NCBI GenBank assembly: GCA_964385265.1
Contig: CAYLOI010000007.1
Coordinates: 9,508-73,507, forward strand
DNA: 64,000 bases
Direction: 5' to 3'
Origin: an uncultured Thiopseudomonas sp.
Lineage (GTDB): Bacteria > Pseudomonadota > Gammaproteobacteria > Pseudomonadales > Pseudomonadaceae
In this document: positions 27,533 through 39,642 of the stretch, piece by piece
Position numbering within the stretch: the stretch's first letter is position 1
How the letters are laid out: every line of letters begins with the position of its first letter
Program-made: the position numbers and the translations under genes
Notes under the pieces: generated by a model
Database searches by the model: none
Seen by the model: the letters and a program-made list of their open reading frames with translations, nothing else
What the model was told of the DNA's origin: nothing

Positions 27533-29007
27533 AGAGATTACTGGGCGGTAGTATTCATCGTCACACGCTATTTGTCAGCCTACTGCCTGCAGTACTGATT
27601 GCCTTTTTACTGACTGGTTATTTCACTTTGGCACGCTTGCAAAGCTTACAAGAAGAACTGGCCAATGCTGGCCAACTGATTGCCAGCCAGCTTGCGCCTG
27701 CGGCAGAATTCAGTGTTATTTCTGGCAACATGCAGGTGCTGGATCCGATGCTGAAGGGCCTATTAAAGCACCCACATATCGCTTTTATTGAAATTTATGA
27801 CAATCAAGATCAACGCCTTACCCGTGTAGAAAAAGCTCAGGTACAAAGCAACGCTGACCTGACCTTCGAGGCACAGATCACACGACAAAACATAGCACTC
27901 GATCCTTTGTTTTTATCCTCAATAGTGCTTGCACCAACACCCACTCAAGAAGAAACAATCGGCCATGTTCTGATTGGTATGACCGATAGTGCCCTTAAAA
28001 AGCAGCAGCTCGACATTTTGCTTCGCGCATTATGGCTGATTTTATTGACCTTATTTTTAATTTGGGCGCTGGCATATTTTTTAGCGCGCAGCCTATCTAT
28101 TCCCATCCAAGCCATGCGTAAAAAACTACAAAGCCTTGATGATGGCCGATACGATACGCCAGCCTTGACTGAGGTCGATAGCGGTGAGCTTGGCGAGCTG
28201 AGCAACCACATCAATATGCTCAGTCAAACCTTGCAACAGGCACAACAGAGTCAGCATAAATACACCACACAACTGCAACATGCGCAGCACGAAGCTGAAC
28301 GGGCCAATCAGGCCAAATCAGATTTTCTGGCGATGATGAGCCACGAACTGCGCACACCCATGAACGGCGTACTCGGCATGTTGCAGTTGCTCGAGCAAAC
28401 GCAACTGAGCAAAGAGCAAACCGAATACACCCAGATTGCCCATACTTCAAGTTTGCAGATGCTTGAGGTGATCAATAATATTTTAGATTTTTCACGTCTT
28501 GAGCACGATGCACTGCAGCTTGAGTGCATCCCCTTTGCCCTAGATGGGTTGTTTAACTCTCTGCACAATGCCTTCAAATACAGCTCTGAAGAAAAAGGTA
28601 TTGAACTGCTGTTTAACTTACCCGCTGAGTTGGGTTGTTTAAAAGTCGAGGGCGACCCGACTCGCCTGCGACAAATTTTAGTCAACCTGCTGGCCAACGC
28701 ATTAAAATTCACTGCACAAGGCAGCGTGACACTGTGCGCGGACTGGCATTTACTCGGCCCCGAGCAATTAATGTTAAGGTGTGAAATCACTGACTCAGGC
28801 ATAGGTATCGACGCAGAGCAGTTAGCCACTGTGTTTGATGCCTTTCACCAAGCCGATCAGAGTATTTCACGGCGCTACGGTGGCACAGGTCTCGGTTTAT
28901 CCATTGCGCATACCTTGGCCCAGCAAATGGGCGGTGACTTGACCGTGACCAGCAAAGCCCAGCAGGGATCAACATTTACTCTAGAGGTCCCTTTGCATCA
29001 TCTATAA
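27529..29007 (+). CDS. sensor histidine kinase (2 TM, HAMP, HisKA, HATPase_c; no receiver domain)
   Basis: H-box [10 protein letters not shown], plus N, G1 and G2 boxes ([23 protein letters not shown]). Confidence 0.85.
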   Translation: MKRLLGGSIHRHTLFVSLLPAVLIAFLLTGYFTLARLQSLQEELANAGQLIASQLAPAAEFSVISGNMQVLDPMLKGLLKHPHIAFIEIYDNQDQRLTRVEKAQVQSNADLTFEAQITRQNIALDPLFLSSIVLAPTPTQEETIGHVLIGMTDSALKKQQLDILLRALWLILLTLFLIWALAYFLARSLSIPIQAMRKKLQSLDDGRYDTPALTEVDSGELGELSNHINMLSQTLQQAQQSQHKYTTQLQHAQHEAERANQAKSDFLAMMSHELRTPMNGVLGMLQLLEQTQLSKEQTEYTQIAHTSSLQMLEVINNILDFSRLEHDALQLECIPFALDGLFNSLHNAFKYSSEEKGIELLFNLPAELGCLKVEGDPTRLRQILVNLLANALKFTAQGSVTLCADWHLLGPEQLMLRCEITDSGIGIDAEQLATVFDAFHQADQSISRRYGGTGLGLSIAHTLAQQMGGDLTVTSKAQQGSTFTLEVPLHHL

Positions 29008-29322
29008 GTATTGCGTTGCAACCTGCAGTGCATCACAGGTGCTTAGCAGATACTTTTTACTGGGCTCGCGCATTTACCATCAGACACAGTGTGACTTGTA
29101 TGGGAAATATGTGGTCTAACCAATCAATTGCACCTAAGCAAATAACTCTAATAGTGGCTGAGCGCAGTCGACCGGTTAAACAAAAGGCTTAAGTTGAATA
29201 GAGTTTTTTTGTTAAGCGTTATTAAATGTGTTAAAAACACGCTAATACGTTGAATGTCACCATTAGCAAGATGGAAATCCATCACCCATGCAGTACACGA
29301 TTAGGCACGTTGAGGAGCCCGC

Positions 29323-29838
29323 ATGACCAAACAAAACGCCTTCACCTACGAAGAACTGCTCAAGTGCAGTCGAGGAGAGCTCTTCGGTCCAGGTAATGCG
29401 CAATTGCCCGCACCGAATATGCTTATGATGGATCGCATTGTGCACATCTGTGATACAGGCGGAAAATACGGTAAAGGACAAATCACTGCTGAATTGGATA
29501 TTACTCCTGACTTATGGTTTTTTGCCTGCCACTTTGAAGGTGATCCTGTGATGCCAGGCTGTCTAGGCCTAGATGCTATGTGGCAGCTCGTGGGTTTTTA
29601 TCTCGGCTGGCAAGGCAATCCCGGACGCGGACGAGCACTGGGTTCAGGCAATGTCAAATTCTCTGGACAAGTGTTACCAACAGCAAAAAAAGTCACGTAT
29701 CAAATTGATATTAAACGCACCATTAACCGCTCTTTAATTTTAGCAATTGCTGATGGAAGTGTGAGCGTTGATGGCCGCGAAATTTATACAGCCGAAGGCT
29801 TGCGTGTCGGCTTATTCACTTCTACAGACTCTTTCTAA
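29323..29838 (+). CDS. fabA: 3-hydroxydecanoyl-ACP dehydratase/isomerase
   Basis: 171 aa with [20 protein letters not shown], the FabA active-site region. Confidence 0.95.
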   Translation: MTKQNAFTYEELLKCSRGELFGPGNAQLPAPNMLMMDRIVHICDTGGKYGKGQITAELDITPDLWFFACHFEGDPVMPGCLGLDAMWQLVGFYLGWQGNPGRGRALGSGNVKFSGQVLPTAKKVTYQIDIKRTINRSLILAIADGSVSVDGREIYTAEGLRVGLFTSTDSF

Positions 29839-29850
29839 AGGATGACCAGT

Positions 29851-31068
29851 ATGCGTCGCGCTGTAATCACTGGAATGGGCATTGTTTCTTGCCTAGGTAA
29901 CGACAAAGAAACCGTATCTGCCAATTTACGCGCAGGTAATAGCGGTATTCGTTTTAACCCGTCTTACGCTGAAATGGGCTTACGCAGCCAGGTTTCAGGT
30001 ACTGTTGATATTGATCTCGAAGCGCTAATCGACCGCAAAGTGTTTCGCTTTATGGGCCAAGCAGCTGCATTTACCTATTTGGCCATGCAGCAGGCCATTG
30101 AAGACAGTGGCCTCAGCCCTGAGGACGTCTCTAACCCGCGTACAGGTTTAATTGCTGGTTCAGGTGGTGCATCCACCCTAAACCAAATGGAAGCCATTGA
30201 TACCCTGCGCGAGAAAGGCGTCAAGCGTATTGGCCCATACCGCGTCACCCGTACCATGGGTAGTACTGTATCGGCGTGCCTAGCTACACCATTCCAAATT
30301 AAAGGTGTCAACTATTCAGTGTCCTCTGCATGTGCGACCAGCGCACACTGCATTGGCCAAGCGCTTGAGCAGATCCAGCTGGGCAAGCAAGATATTGTTT
30401 TTGCCGGTGGCGGTGAAGAAGAGCACTGGAGCCAAAGCTGCCTATTTGATGCGATGGGCGCGCTGTCCACACAGTACAACGACAGCCCAGAAAAAGCCTC
30501 GCGTGCTTACGATAGCAAGCGTGATGGTTTTGTGATTGCTGGCGGTGGCGGCATGGTCGTGGTCGAAGAACTCGAACATGCGCTTAAACGTGGTGCAAAA
30601 ATCTATGCTGAAATCGTCGGCTACGGCGCAACATCTGACGGTTACGACATGGTCGCACCGAGCGGTGAAGGCGCAGTTCGCTGCATGCAGCAAGCCTTAG
30701 CCACTGTTGACACGCCCATCGACTACCTCAACACCCACGGCACATCAACACCTGTTGGTGACGTTGCTGAAATTCGCGCTGTGCGTGAAGTGTTTGCCGA
30801 CAAGGCACCCTCTATCAGCTCAACTAAAAGCTTGTCAGGTCACTCGCTGGGCGCCGCTGGCGTGCAAGAAACCATCTACTCGCTGCTGATGATGGAAGGC
30901 AACTTTATTGCTGGCTCAGTCAATATTGATGAGCTTGACGAAGAAGCTAAAGGTTTACCCATCGTTGAGAAAACCCAAGAAAATGTCACGCTAAACACGG
31001 TAATGAGTAACAGCTTTGGCTTCGGCGGCACTAATGCCACCTTAGTACTGAAGCGCTATACCAAGTAA
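29851..31068 (+). CDS. fabB: beta-ketoacyl-ACP synthase I
   Basis: [13 protein letters not shown].. with the active-site SSACATS. I chose the ATG at 29851 (AAGGA 9 nt upstream) over the track start at 29842. Confidence 0.93.
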   Translation: MRRAVITGMGIVSCLGNDKETVSANLRAGNSGIRFNPSYAEMGLRSQVSGTVDIDLEALIDRKVFRFMGQAAAFTYLAMQQAIEDSGLSPEDVSNPRTGLIAGSGGASTLNQMEAIDTLREKGVKRIGPYRVTRTMGSTVSACLATPFQIKGVNYSVSSACATSAHCIGQALEQIQLGKQDIVFAGGGEEEHWSQSCLFDAMGALSTQYNDSPEKASRAYDSKRDGFVIAGGGGMVVVEELEHALKRGAKIYAEIVGYGATSDGYDMVAPSGEGAVRCMQQALATVDTPIDYLNTHGTSTPVGDVAEIRAVREVFADKAPSISSTKSLSGHSLGAAGVQETIYSLLMMEGNFIAGSVNIDELDEEAKGLPIVEKTQENVTLNTVMSNSFGFGGTNATLVLKRYTK

Positions 31069-31085
31069 TTTAGCTAAGTACCTAT

Positions 31086-31123
31086 AAAAACGGCCACTGC
31101 AATTTAATTGCGTGGCCGTTTTT
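31086..31123. terminator. strong bidirectional Rho-independent terminator between fabB and the convergent oxidoreductase gene
   Basis: aaaaacggccac-N14-gtggccgttttt. The loop itself also pairs (gcaat/attgc). Confidence 0.85.
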
Positions 31124-31162
31124 ATTGACTACAGGTTAAGCCCTCACAACATCTCAGCTATC

Positions 31163-32146
31163 TCAATCAATACGTACTAAAGTACGCCCAGTCTGCTGAC
31201 TGGCCAACATGGTCGCAATGGCATTGGGTACATCTTTTAAGCTGATCTCTTTGACTAGCTTTTCCAGATCCATCTTCCATTGCAGTGACAGCTTGTCCCA
31301 CATTGATGCTTTATTAACCAAAGGCAACTCGACCGAATCGACACCGAGCAAGTTCACTCCGCGCAAAATAAATGGCAAGACACTGGCTTTAAAATCAACG
31401 CCTGCGGTCAGCCCACAACACACAGCACTGCTGCCATATTGCAAGGCTTTAACCGCATTAAACAAAATATCACCACCAACAGTATCAACCACCGCCGCCC
31501 ACTGCGGTTTAAGCAGAGCTTTATCGATTCCTGCACTAAGTTCGGCACGGCTGATGACGGTGTGCGCGCCGAGTTGGCGCAGAAAATCAGCTTGCTCGGC
31601 TTTACCTGTCGCTGCCGTGACCTCAAAGCCCAACTGTTTGAGCAAGACCACAGCCACTGAGCCCACCCCACCGGTCGCGCCGGTTACCAGTACAGGTCCA
31701 GCCTCAGCAGTTAAACCTGCGCACAGCAGCTTATCAACACACAAAGCAGCGGTTAAGCCGGCAGTGCCTAAGATCATTGACTCTCGCAGTGACAATCCAG
31801 CCGGGCGCTTAATCACCCATGCCGCAGGCACACGAATATACTGGGCTAAACCACCAAAGGTATTCATGCCCAAGTCGTAACCGGTGACAATCACCTCATC
31901 GCCGACAACAAACTCAGGATTGCTGGAATGCTCAACCACACCGGCCGCATCAATGCCTGGCGTATGTGGAAACTGGCGGGTGACGCCACGGTTACCGTTG
32001 GCTGACAGTGCATCCTTATAATTGAGCGATGAGTAACGCACTCTGATCAGCACCTCACCCGCAGGTAAATCATCCAGCGAACGTTCAATCACTTTTTGTT
32101 GAAAATACGGCGTCTCGGTGACCCATAATGCTTGATATGTACTCAT
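31163..32146 (-). CDS. YhdH/AcuI-type zinc-independent MDR quinone oxidoreductase (acrylyl-CoA reductase-like)
   Basis: 327-aa medium-chain dehydrogenase/reductase family protein with VLVTGATGGVGS. Confidence 0.8.
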   Translation of the reverse strand: MSTYQALWVTETPYFQQKVIERSLDDLPAGEVLIRVRYSSLNYKDALSANGNRGVTRQFPHTPGIDAAGVVEHSSNPEFVVGDEVIVTGYDLGMNTFGGLAQYIRVPAAWVIKRPAGLSLRESMILGTAGLTAALCVDKLLCAGLTAEAGPVLVTGATGGVGSVAVVLLKQLGFEVTAATGKAEQADFLRQLGAHTVISRAELSAGIDKALLKPQWAAVVDTVGGDILFNAVKALQYGSSAVCCGLTAGVDFKASVLPFILRGVNLLGVDSVELPLVNKASMWDKLSLQWKMDLEKLVKEISLKDVPNAIATMLASQQTGRTLVRID

Positions 32147-32182
32147 AATCTATCCTCAGCGTTTACTTGTGCACTAGATGTA

Positions 32183-33202
32183 TTAGCCAATAAAGCGGCG
32201 TTGCAGACGCTCCCAACCTTTATCAGCAATGTGCTCTGCAGCAGCACCAGCAGTCAAACCAACGCGTTCCTGCAGGCTTTTCTTTTGCACAAACTGTAAC
32301 GCATACACATCAGCCTCTGCAGCACAGGCTGACAAATACTCATCACTGGTTTGCAACTGATCAACCAACTGCTGCTGTTGCGCATCCGTACCTAACCATA
32401 CTTCACCGGTAGCGACTGCATTGATATCAAGCTGCGGGCGATATTGCACAACAAAGCGCTTAAACAGGTCGTGGGTGGTTTGTAAGTCTTCTAAAAACTT
32501 CTCACGACCCTGCTCTGTATTTTCACCGAGCATAGTCAAGGTCCGCTTGTGCTCGCCTGCCGTTAAAATTTCAACGTCAATATTGTTTTTCTTTAACAGC
32601 CGATGAATATTTGGCAACTGCGCAACCACACCAATAGAGCCGAGCACTGCAAAAGGCGCACTGAGAATTTTATCGCCAATGCAGGCCATCATATAGCCGC
32701 CGCTGGCTGCCACTTTATCCACGCAGACTGTCAGCGGAATTTTCGCATCGCGAATACGCACCAACTGCGAAGCCGCTAGACCATAGCTGTGCACCATGCC
32801 GCCGCCACTTTCCAAGCGCAGCACCACTTCATCACTGGGTTTGGCCACTGTCAGAAGTGCGCTAATTTCATGGCGCAGGCTGTCTACCGCTGAAGCTTTG
32901 ATATCGCCATCAAAATCTAGAACATAAATACGCTTTTTTTCAGTTGTGCTTTTCTTTTCTTGCTGCTGCTTGGCTTTATTGGTTTTTTTAAGTGCTTTAA
33001 GCTGCGCTTTATTCAACACATTATGCTCAATGGTATCTTTTAAATCTGAGTAAAATTCGTTCAAACTACTAACAGTTAACTCACCACTGCGTGCGCGGCC
33101 ACGTGAGCGCATTGCTGTTGCCAGTGACAAAATAACAACAACCACCACTAAAACTGTGACGGCTCGCGCCAAAAACCCAGCATATTCAAGTAAAAAATCC
33201 AC
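32183..33202 (-). CDS. sohB: S49-family periplasmic protease SohB
   Basis: N-terminal TM helix and a ClpP/S49 core (AASGGYMMAC). Confidence 0.85.
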   Translation of the reverse strand: MDFLLEYAGFLARAVTVLVVVVVILSLATAMRSRGRARSGELTVSSLNEFYSDLKDTIEHNVLNKAQLKALKKTNKAKQQQEKKSTTEKKRIYVLDFDGDIKASAVDSLRHEISALLTVAKPSDEVVLRLESGGGMVHSYGLAASQLVRIRDAKIPLTVCVDKVAASGGYMMACIGDKILSAPFAVLGSIGVVAQLPNIHRLLKKNNIDVEILTAGEHKRTLTMLGENTEQGREKFLEDLQTTHDLFKRFVVQYRPQLDINAVATGEVWLGTDAQQQQLVDQLQTSDEYLSACAAEADVYALQFVQKKSLQERVGLTAGAAAEHIADKGWERLQRRFIG

Positions 33203-33478
33203 TGTAAACTCCTTAAACGATAATAGTTTCTATCTTACCTGAGCCAGCCCCTCGCTTGATACCGATTAGCTATACGCTAAGTATCTGCACTGTGATTAAA
33301 TGCCCGTCTAGCACGATGTCCGTTATCCATTTCGGCATAATAAACACATTTGGCGCAGCTTACTCAGCACGCTAATACACTGAGTGGCCTGCAGCAGTGC
33401 ATATTTCAAACAATCGTATGAAATTCATTTGACAGCTTAGCTCGTTCGCAATAACCTCAGCCTCTGACATATTTACAG

Positions 33479-34201
33479 GTGTTTATTGAGTTGGGTAGCA
33501 TTTATTTAATTCGACATGGCCAGGCATCTTTTGGTGCGGATGACTACGATGTCCTTTCACCACTGGGTGTGCAGCAAGCTCAGATCTTGGGCGATCATTT
33601 AATCGCAACAGGTGTGACGCTGAACGCCTGCATCAGTGGAGATATGCTACGCCAAAAAGATACTGCACTAGCCGCATTAGCGCGATTTTCTGCAGCCAAC
33701 CTTGCTACGCCGACGTTAGACATTGATAGCGCTTTTAATGAAATTGATGTCGATAGCATTATTCGTCTGCTTGTGCCCAAAATGCTTGATCAAGAACCCA
33801 ACGCCATCGATAGTTTGCGCAATCCTTTACAAGACAAAGCAGAGTTTCAACGCTTATTTTCTATGATTATGCAACGCTGGGCAGCTGGCACTGATGACAT
33901 TCCCGAGCACTTAAGCTGGGCAAGATTTACCCAAACTGTAGATGCAGGTTTGCAGCGCGTGCTGAACAATGCCGCAGCGGATGACCACATCGGTATTTTC
34001 ACCTCCGGTGGCACCATTACCGCTTGCTTGCACCTGCTGGCCGGTATACCGGCCAGCAACGCCTTTGAGCTTAACTGGCAAATCGTTAACACATCACTGA
34101 GTCGTTTAAAGTTTCGCAACGATTCAGTGGTACTCACTTCTTTTAACAGTCATGCTCACCTTGATCTGTTAAAGAACAAAAAACTCATCACTTACCGTTG
34201 A
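33479..34201 (+). CDS. histidine phosphatase (phosphoglycerate-mutase-like) family protein
   Basis: The LIRHGQASFG RHG motif. GTG start. Confidence 0.8.
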   Translation: MFIELGSIYLIRHGQASFGADDYDVLSPLGVQQAQILGDHLIATGVTLNACISGDMLRQKDTALAALARFSAANLATPTLDIDSAFNEIDVDSIIRLLVPKMLDQEPNAIDSLRNPLQDKAEFQRLFSMIMQRWAAGTDDIPEHLSWARFTQTVDAGLQRVLNNAAADDHIGIFTSGGTITACLHLLAGIPASNAFELNWQIVNTSLSRLKFRNDSVVLTSFNSHAHLDLLKNKKLITYR

Positions 34202-34254
34202 GTTTTCAATATCACGCGGCAACAACCGCACAAAAACCTTAAAAAGGATCGATT

Positions 34255-34569
34255 ATGTCTTCTACCGCTGAGATTATTAAAACTCTAACTGCTAAATTTA
34301 ACGCTGACGCAGCTGCTGGCTTAGATTTAGTATTCCAATTCAACATCGAAGATGCTGAAAACTACTATGTCGTTGTTAAAGATGGCGCCTGCGATGTACA
34401 AGCCGGTGACAACGACGATGCTAACGTGACCTTGATCATGGATAGCGAAACCTTTAAAGGCATTGCAACTGGCGAAACTGACGGCATGCAAGCGTTTATG
34501 GGTGGCAAACTACGCACTGAAGGCGACATGATGTTAGCAATGAAACTGAGCGAATTATTCCCAGTCTAA
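34255..34569 (+). CDS. SCP2 sterol-binding-domain protein
   Basis: 104 aa with the C-terminal ..FMGGKLRTEGDMMLAMKL pattern typical of SCP2. Confidence 0.8.
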   Translation: MSSTAEIIKTLTAKFNADAAAGLDLVFQFNIEDAENYYVVVKDGACDVQAGDNDDANVTLIMDSETFKGIATGETDGMQAFMGGKLRTEGDMMLAMKLSELFPV

Positions 34570-34590
34570 ATTGCAGTACTGTGTCGTAAC

Positions 34591-34617
34591 AAAAAGCCGG
34601 ATTAATCCGGCTTTTTT
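34591..34617 (+). terminator. Rho-independent terminator
   Basis: agccgga-ttaa-tccggct followed by tttttt. Confidence 0.85.
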
Positions 34618-34644
34618 AATCGCAGCAAGTTTAGGAGAGAGCGG

Positions 34645-36582
34645 ATGCTGTGCAGTAAGGCTGTGTTTATCTATGATGACGCTGATAATCCGCGGGTGCA
34701 GGCTGTTATTGATTTTGCTAAGAGCAATGATATTGAACTGGAACAGATGCCGCTCAGCGCCTTTCTAGCGCACCCAGGCCAGCCTCTCGATTTTGCTCAG
34801 CATGTGATTGCATTATGCTCCGATGCGGACTTTGCCAAACGTATTGAACTGGCTCAAACCATGCATTTCAGCTTGGGTATTATTCCCATTGATGACCGGC
34901 AAATACGACTACGCGAATGGTTTATGTTAAGTGGCAAACTCGACGAGCACATTGAACTGGCTTTCTCTGAACCCAACAAAGCCATTGATATACTGCACTG
35001 CAACAATGAAGTGGTGCTCGGCTCAATTATGCTCGGTCAAACCCCGTTTCTAGATCAAACAAGCCGTGTTTACCGCCAGCGTGCGGAGTCAAAAGCCCGC
35101 CGTCTATTTTATTTCATCGCGGTACTCTGGAGTAGCCTGCGCAATTTATTCGCTATCCAGCCTATTGCTATCAGCTTATCGATTGGCGAGGAGTACAACA
35201 CGAAAACTGCAATCACAGGCTTAGTCGCAATCGAAAATAACGTCCACAATGCTGCTGCGCGCTTAATTAATACGCGCATTTGCGTGCAAGACAGTAAAGT
35301 ATCCACCTTGCTAATTGCCCCTAAATCAGTCAGCCAATACCTCAGCTTTTTAATCAAAGCCTTGTTTACTTCTGACCAACGCGTCAGCCGCTTACCCGAA
35401 TCCATGAGTTATGTGCGCAGCAGCTATTTGCGTTTAGATAGCACACAACCCCTGACCTACTATGTGGACAGCGCTAAACGTGAAACCAAGAGTATTGAGC
35501 TGCAGATCCATCCAGAAGCTGTGCAAGTCAATTTACCCGACGCCTACCACGACAGCCAAAGTGAGCGGCGCGGCGGCAAAGACACCCTCAAACTCGAAAA
35601 CCTGCCGCAAGGCGAGCAACGTTTGGCTATGATCCAGCAGCGTTTACCCTTCTTCACCCACGCGCTCGAAGAGGACTTTAAAGAGCTGTTTATGCAACTG
35701 CGCGAGAATGCGCAGACCCACAGCAGCTTTATCTCCTTGATGATGCTCAGCAGTTTGGTCGCCAGTTTAGGCTTGTTCTTATCCAGCCCTGCGGTGATTA
35801 TTGGTGCCATGGTGCTTGCACCCTTGATGCTGCCTATTGTGTCGTTATCCATGGCATTGCTGCGTAACGATCAAACACTGCTAAAGCAGTCTTTAACCAC
35901 CATTGCCATCGGCGTCTGTCTAGCCATGGGCATGGCGGCAATGCTGGCTTTGATTATTCCTATCACTCGAGTCACCCCAGAAATGACTGCGCGCTTGCAC
36001 CCCAACCTACTCGACTTGGGTGTAGCGATCTTTTCTGGCATGGCCGGCGCTTATGCACATGCGCGCGAAAGCATTATGAAAAGCATGCCAGGTGTGGCTA
36101 TTGCTGTGGCCTTAGTGCCACCGCTGTGTGTTGCAGGGATTGGGATTGGCTGGTGGGACTGGCAAGTGATCAGTGGTGCGACGCTGCTTTTTTTGACCAA
36201 CTTGGTGGGTATTGCACTCGCCGCCGCTCTGACTTTTTTAGCGCTGGGTTATGCACCGATCGTAAAAGCCCGCCGCGGCCTGACCCTTTCTTTATTGTTG
36301 ATGCTGACCATTGCTGTGCCGCTGACGTGGTCATTTCAAAGTATGTACAGCACTTGGCAAGTTGAGCAACAGGTCGATGCACTGTCTTTGGATATTAACG
36401 AAAAAAGTCTGCACTTAAGCGTATTGCAGGTGCAAATACAAAGTGCTGATACCTATATACGCTTAGAAGTCAGCTCAAGCTCGGAAATCGCCCACGCTGA
36501 TCTCATCATGTTAAAAGAACAACTTGAGCAGCGACTTGGTAGCCCTATTCGTTTGGATATCACTCCGCGTATCAGTCTTTGA
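34645..36582 (+). CDS. DUF389 (TIGR00341-like) integral membrane protein with a ~330-aa N-terminal soluble extension
   Basis: 645 aa. Repeated TM helices run from about residue 360 to 560 (..GMAGAYAHARESIMKSMPGVAIAVALVPP..). I cannot assign the N-terminal domain. Confidence 0.6.
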   Translation: MLCSKAVFIYDDADNPRVQAVIDFAKSNDIELEQMPLSAFLAHPGQPLDFAQHVIALCSDADFAKRIELAQTMHFSLGIIPIDDRQIRLREWFMLSGKLDEHIELAFSEPNKAIDILHCNNEVVLGSIMLGQTPFLDQTSRVYRQRAESKARRLFYFIAVLWSSLRNLFAIQPIAISLSIGEEYNTKTAITGLVAIENNVHNAAARLINTRICVQDSKVSTLLIAPKSVSQYLSFLIKALFTSDQRVSRLPESMSYVRSSYLRLDSTQPLTYYVDSAKRETKSIELQIHPEAVQVNLPDAYHDSQSERRGGKDTLKLENLPQGEQRLAMIQQRLPFFTHALEEDFKELFMQLRENAQTHSSFISLMMLSSLVASLGLFLSSPAVIIGAMVLAPLMLPIVSLSMALLRNDQTLLKQSLTTIAIGVCLAMGMAAMLALIIPITRVTPEMTARLHPNLLDLGVAIFSGMAGAYAHARESIMKSMPGVAIAVALVPPLCVAGIGIGWWDWQVISGATLLFLTNLVGIALAAALTFLALGYAPIVKARRGLTLSLLLMLTIAVPLTWSFQSMYSTWQVEQQVDALSLDINEKSLHLSVLQVQIQSADTYIRLEVSSSSEIAHADLIMLKEQLEQRLGSPIRLDITPRISL

Positions 36583-36586
36583 CAGC

Positions 36587-36612
36587 CTCCCCGCACTAGG
36601 TGCGGGGAGTTT
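36587..36612 (+). terminator. Rho-independent terminator
   Basis: ctccccgcac-tag-gtgcggggag followed by ttt. Confidence 0.75.
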
Positions 36613-36693
36613 CGTGCTTTTGCTAAGCTACAGCCAACTATTCACTGCGCAGTAACCCGCTGCTGACGCGTCCAATATTAGAAACTCATCAGC

Positions 36694-37554
36694 CTAATCG
36701 TTGTTTGTTTTACCAATAGCCTGCAGCACATACTCTGGCAGTGCAAACGCTGCTTGGTGGATATAAGGATTGTAATAGCGCGTGCTAATTGCGCTGCTCG
36801 CAAAACGCTGACGCAAAGTATCTAAACTGGTCTGACGTGTCTGCTGATTTTTAGCAGCCCAAGCAAAGGTCATGCTGCCGCCGATGTAGGTCGGTACTGC
36901 TGCGTGATAAAAATGCCAGTCAGCAAACAAGTCTTGGATATTTTTAGCAGTGGTTTTGACTTCATCAATCTGCAGAAACGGCGTGCCGTTTTGTGCAACA
37001 AAAACACCATCATCGCTCAGGCAGCGGTGACAGGCGTGATAAAAATCTTCCGAGAATAGGACTTCAGCTGGACCGGTTGGATCCGGGCAGTCACTAATAA
37101 TCACATCAAAATTTTCAGTGCAGTTGGCAATAAAACGCATGCCGTCATCAATCACAAGATTAACGCGCGGGTCCTCATAGGCACCGTTGGAATGCTTGGG
37201 CAAATACTCTTTGCACATGTCCACTACAGACTGATCAATTTCCACCATGGTGATGCGTTCAACATCGGCATGGCGACAGACTTCACGCAACATACCGCCA
37301 TCGCCACCACCAATAATCAGCACATTACGTGCAGCACCGTGAGCTAAAATAGGTACGTGGGTGAGCATTTCATGATAAATAAACTCATCCGCTTCAGTGG
37401 TTTGAATGGCACCATCCAGGGCCATCACTCGGCCCATTTTGGTGTTTTCAAAAATAACCAAATGCTGATGCTCAGTGCGCACCTCATGCAGCATTTTATC
37501 AATCTTAAAAAACTGCCCGTAATGCTCGTGTAGCGTTTCGCGGTAATCAGTCAT
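36694..37554 (-). CDS. speE: polyamine aminopropyltransferase (spermidine synthase)
   Basis: [16 protein letters not shown].. with the [10 protein letters not shown] motif. The ATG at 37554 is preceded by GAGGGA. The longer track ORF would run into cysB. Confidence 0.9.
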   Translation of the reverse strand: MTDYRETLHEHYGQFFKIDKMLHEVRTEHQHLVIFENTKMGRVMALDGAIQTTEADEFIYHEMLTHVPILAHGAARNVLIIGGGDGGMLREVCRHADVERITMVEIDQSVVDMCKEYLPKHSNGAYEDPRVNLVIDDGMRFIANCTENFDVIISDCPDPTGPAEVLFSEDFYHACHRCLSDDGVFVAQNGTPFLQIDEVKTTAKNIQDLFADWHFYHAAVPTYIGGSMTFAWAAKNQQTRQTSLDTLRQRFASSAISTRYYNPYIHQAAFALPEYVLQAIGKTNND

Positions 37555-37681
37555 GCCGTCCCTCAAAATGTATGATAAATCTGCGACGATTATACGGTAG
37601 TCAGCACAAAGTTCGTGAGATCGATGTAGTAAAAGCCTAGCTACAGAGTACGAGCAGCGCCCCGAGCGTACATTTATGTTT

Positions 37682-38818
<1,137 letters not shown>

Positions 38819-38928
38819 TCTTAAAATAATGTGCTACTTATAACTTCAACGCTAAAATTATTCCAGTGTTATAACCGTTTATTTATTCAAGCAGCTTTGC
38901 CCCTGCTGCATCTGACGACTGAATTGAT

Positions 38929-39642
38929 ATGTCTGTAGAGTTTTTAAGCCATTTACAACAGCATTGGCCCTTTCCGACGGAACTGCCAAACTGCACGCTG
39001 GTGTCCGCCTGTTTTAATCAAACAGCACTCACAGCAGAGCTCATCGCTGAATGCTCAATTGATCTGCCCAAAGCCACCAATAAGCGCCAAGCTGAGTTTT
39101 TAGCCGCACGTTTGTGCGCGCGCAAGGCCTTGTCTATCCAAACCGGCACTGCCAGTCTGCCCACGCAGCAAGCAGACAGCCGCATTCCACTTTGGCCCGC
39201 GCAGAGTTGCGGTTCGATGTCACACAGCCACAGCCTTGCAGCAGCACTGGTTGGCGACAGTCACGCTTGGCAAGGCTTTGGCCTAGACATAGAAAAGCCT
39301 CTTAAACTTATGCGTGCACAACGCTTAGCGCAAAGCATTTTGACTGTGGACGAACACAACAGGTTCGCAGACTTAGATAGCACTGAGCAGGCTCTATATT
39401 TAACACTGGTTTTTTCATTTAAGGAGAGTTTGTTTAAAGCGCTTAATCCGCTGACGGGCAGCTACTTTGGCTTTCAGGATGCACAGGTAGTGGCTCTGAG
39501 TACTGCTACTAGCGGTCATGCGCGCTTGCGCTTAGCTAAAGATCTAGCAGCCGATTGGCCGGCAGGCACTGAACTAGAGGGGCAGTTTTCACAATTGCAT
39601 GGCAGTGTTCTCACCTTGGTAAGTATTGCCGCCTCAGCGTAG
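38929..39642 (+). CDS. 4'-phosphopantetheinyl transferase (Sfp/EntD/PcpS type)
   Basis: The FGLDIE and FSFKESLFKAL motifs. Confidence 0.8.
   Translation: MSVEFLSHLQQHWPFPTELPNCTLVSACFNQTALTAELIAECSIDLPKATNKRQAEFLAARLCARKALSIQTGTASLPTQQADSRIPLWPAQSCGSMSHSHSLAAALVGDSHAWQGFGLDIEKPLKLMRAQRLAQSILTVDEHNRFADLDSTEQALYLTLVFSFKESLFKALNPLTGSYFGFQDAQVVALSTATSGHARLRLAKDLAADWPAGTELEGQFSQLHGSVLTLVSIAASA

Noticed and set aside
29228-29240. The palindrome GTGTT-aaa-AACAC about 85 bp upstream of fabA, considered as a DesT/FabR-type operator.
   Set aside because: I cannot recall the DesT consensus precisely enough to match it, and the palindrome is short and AT-rich. It is recorded but not called.
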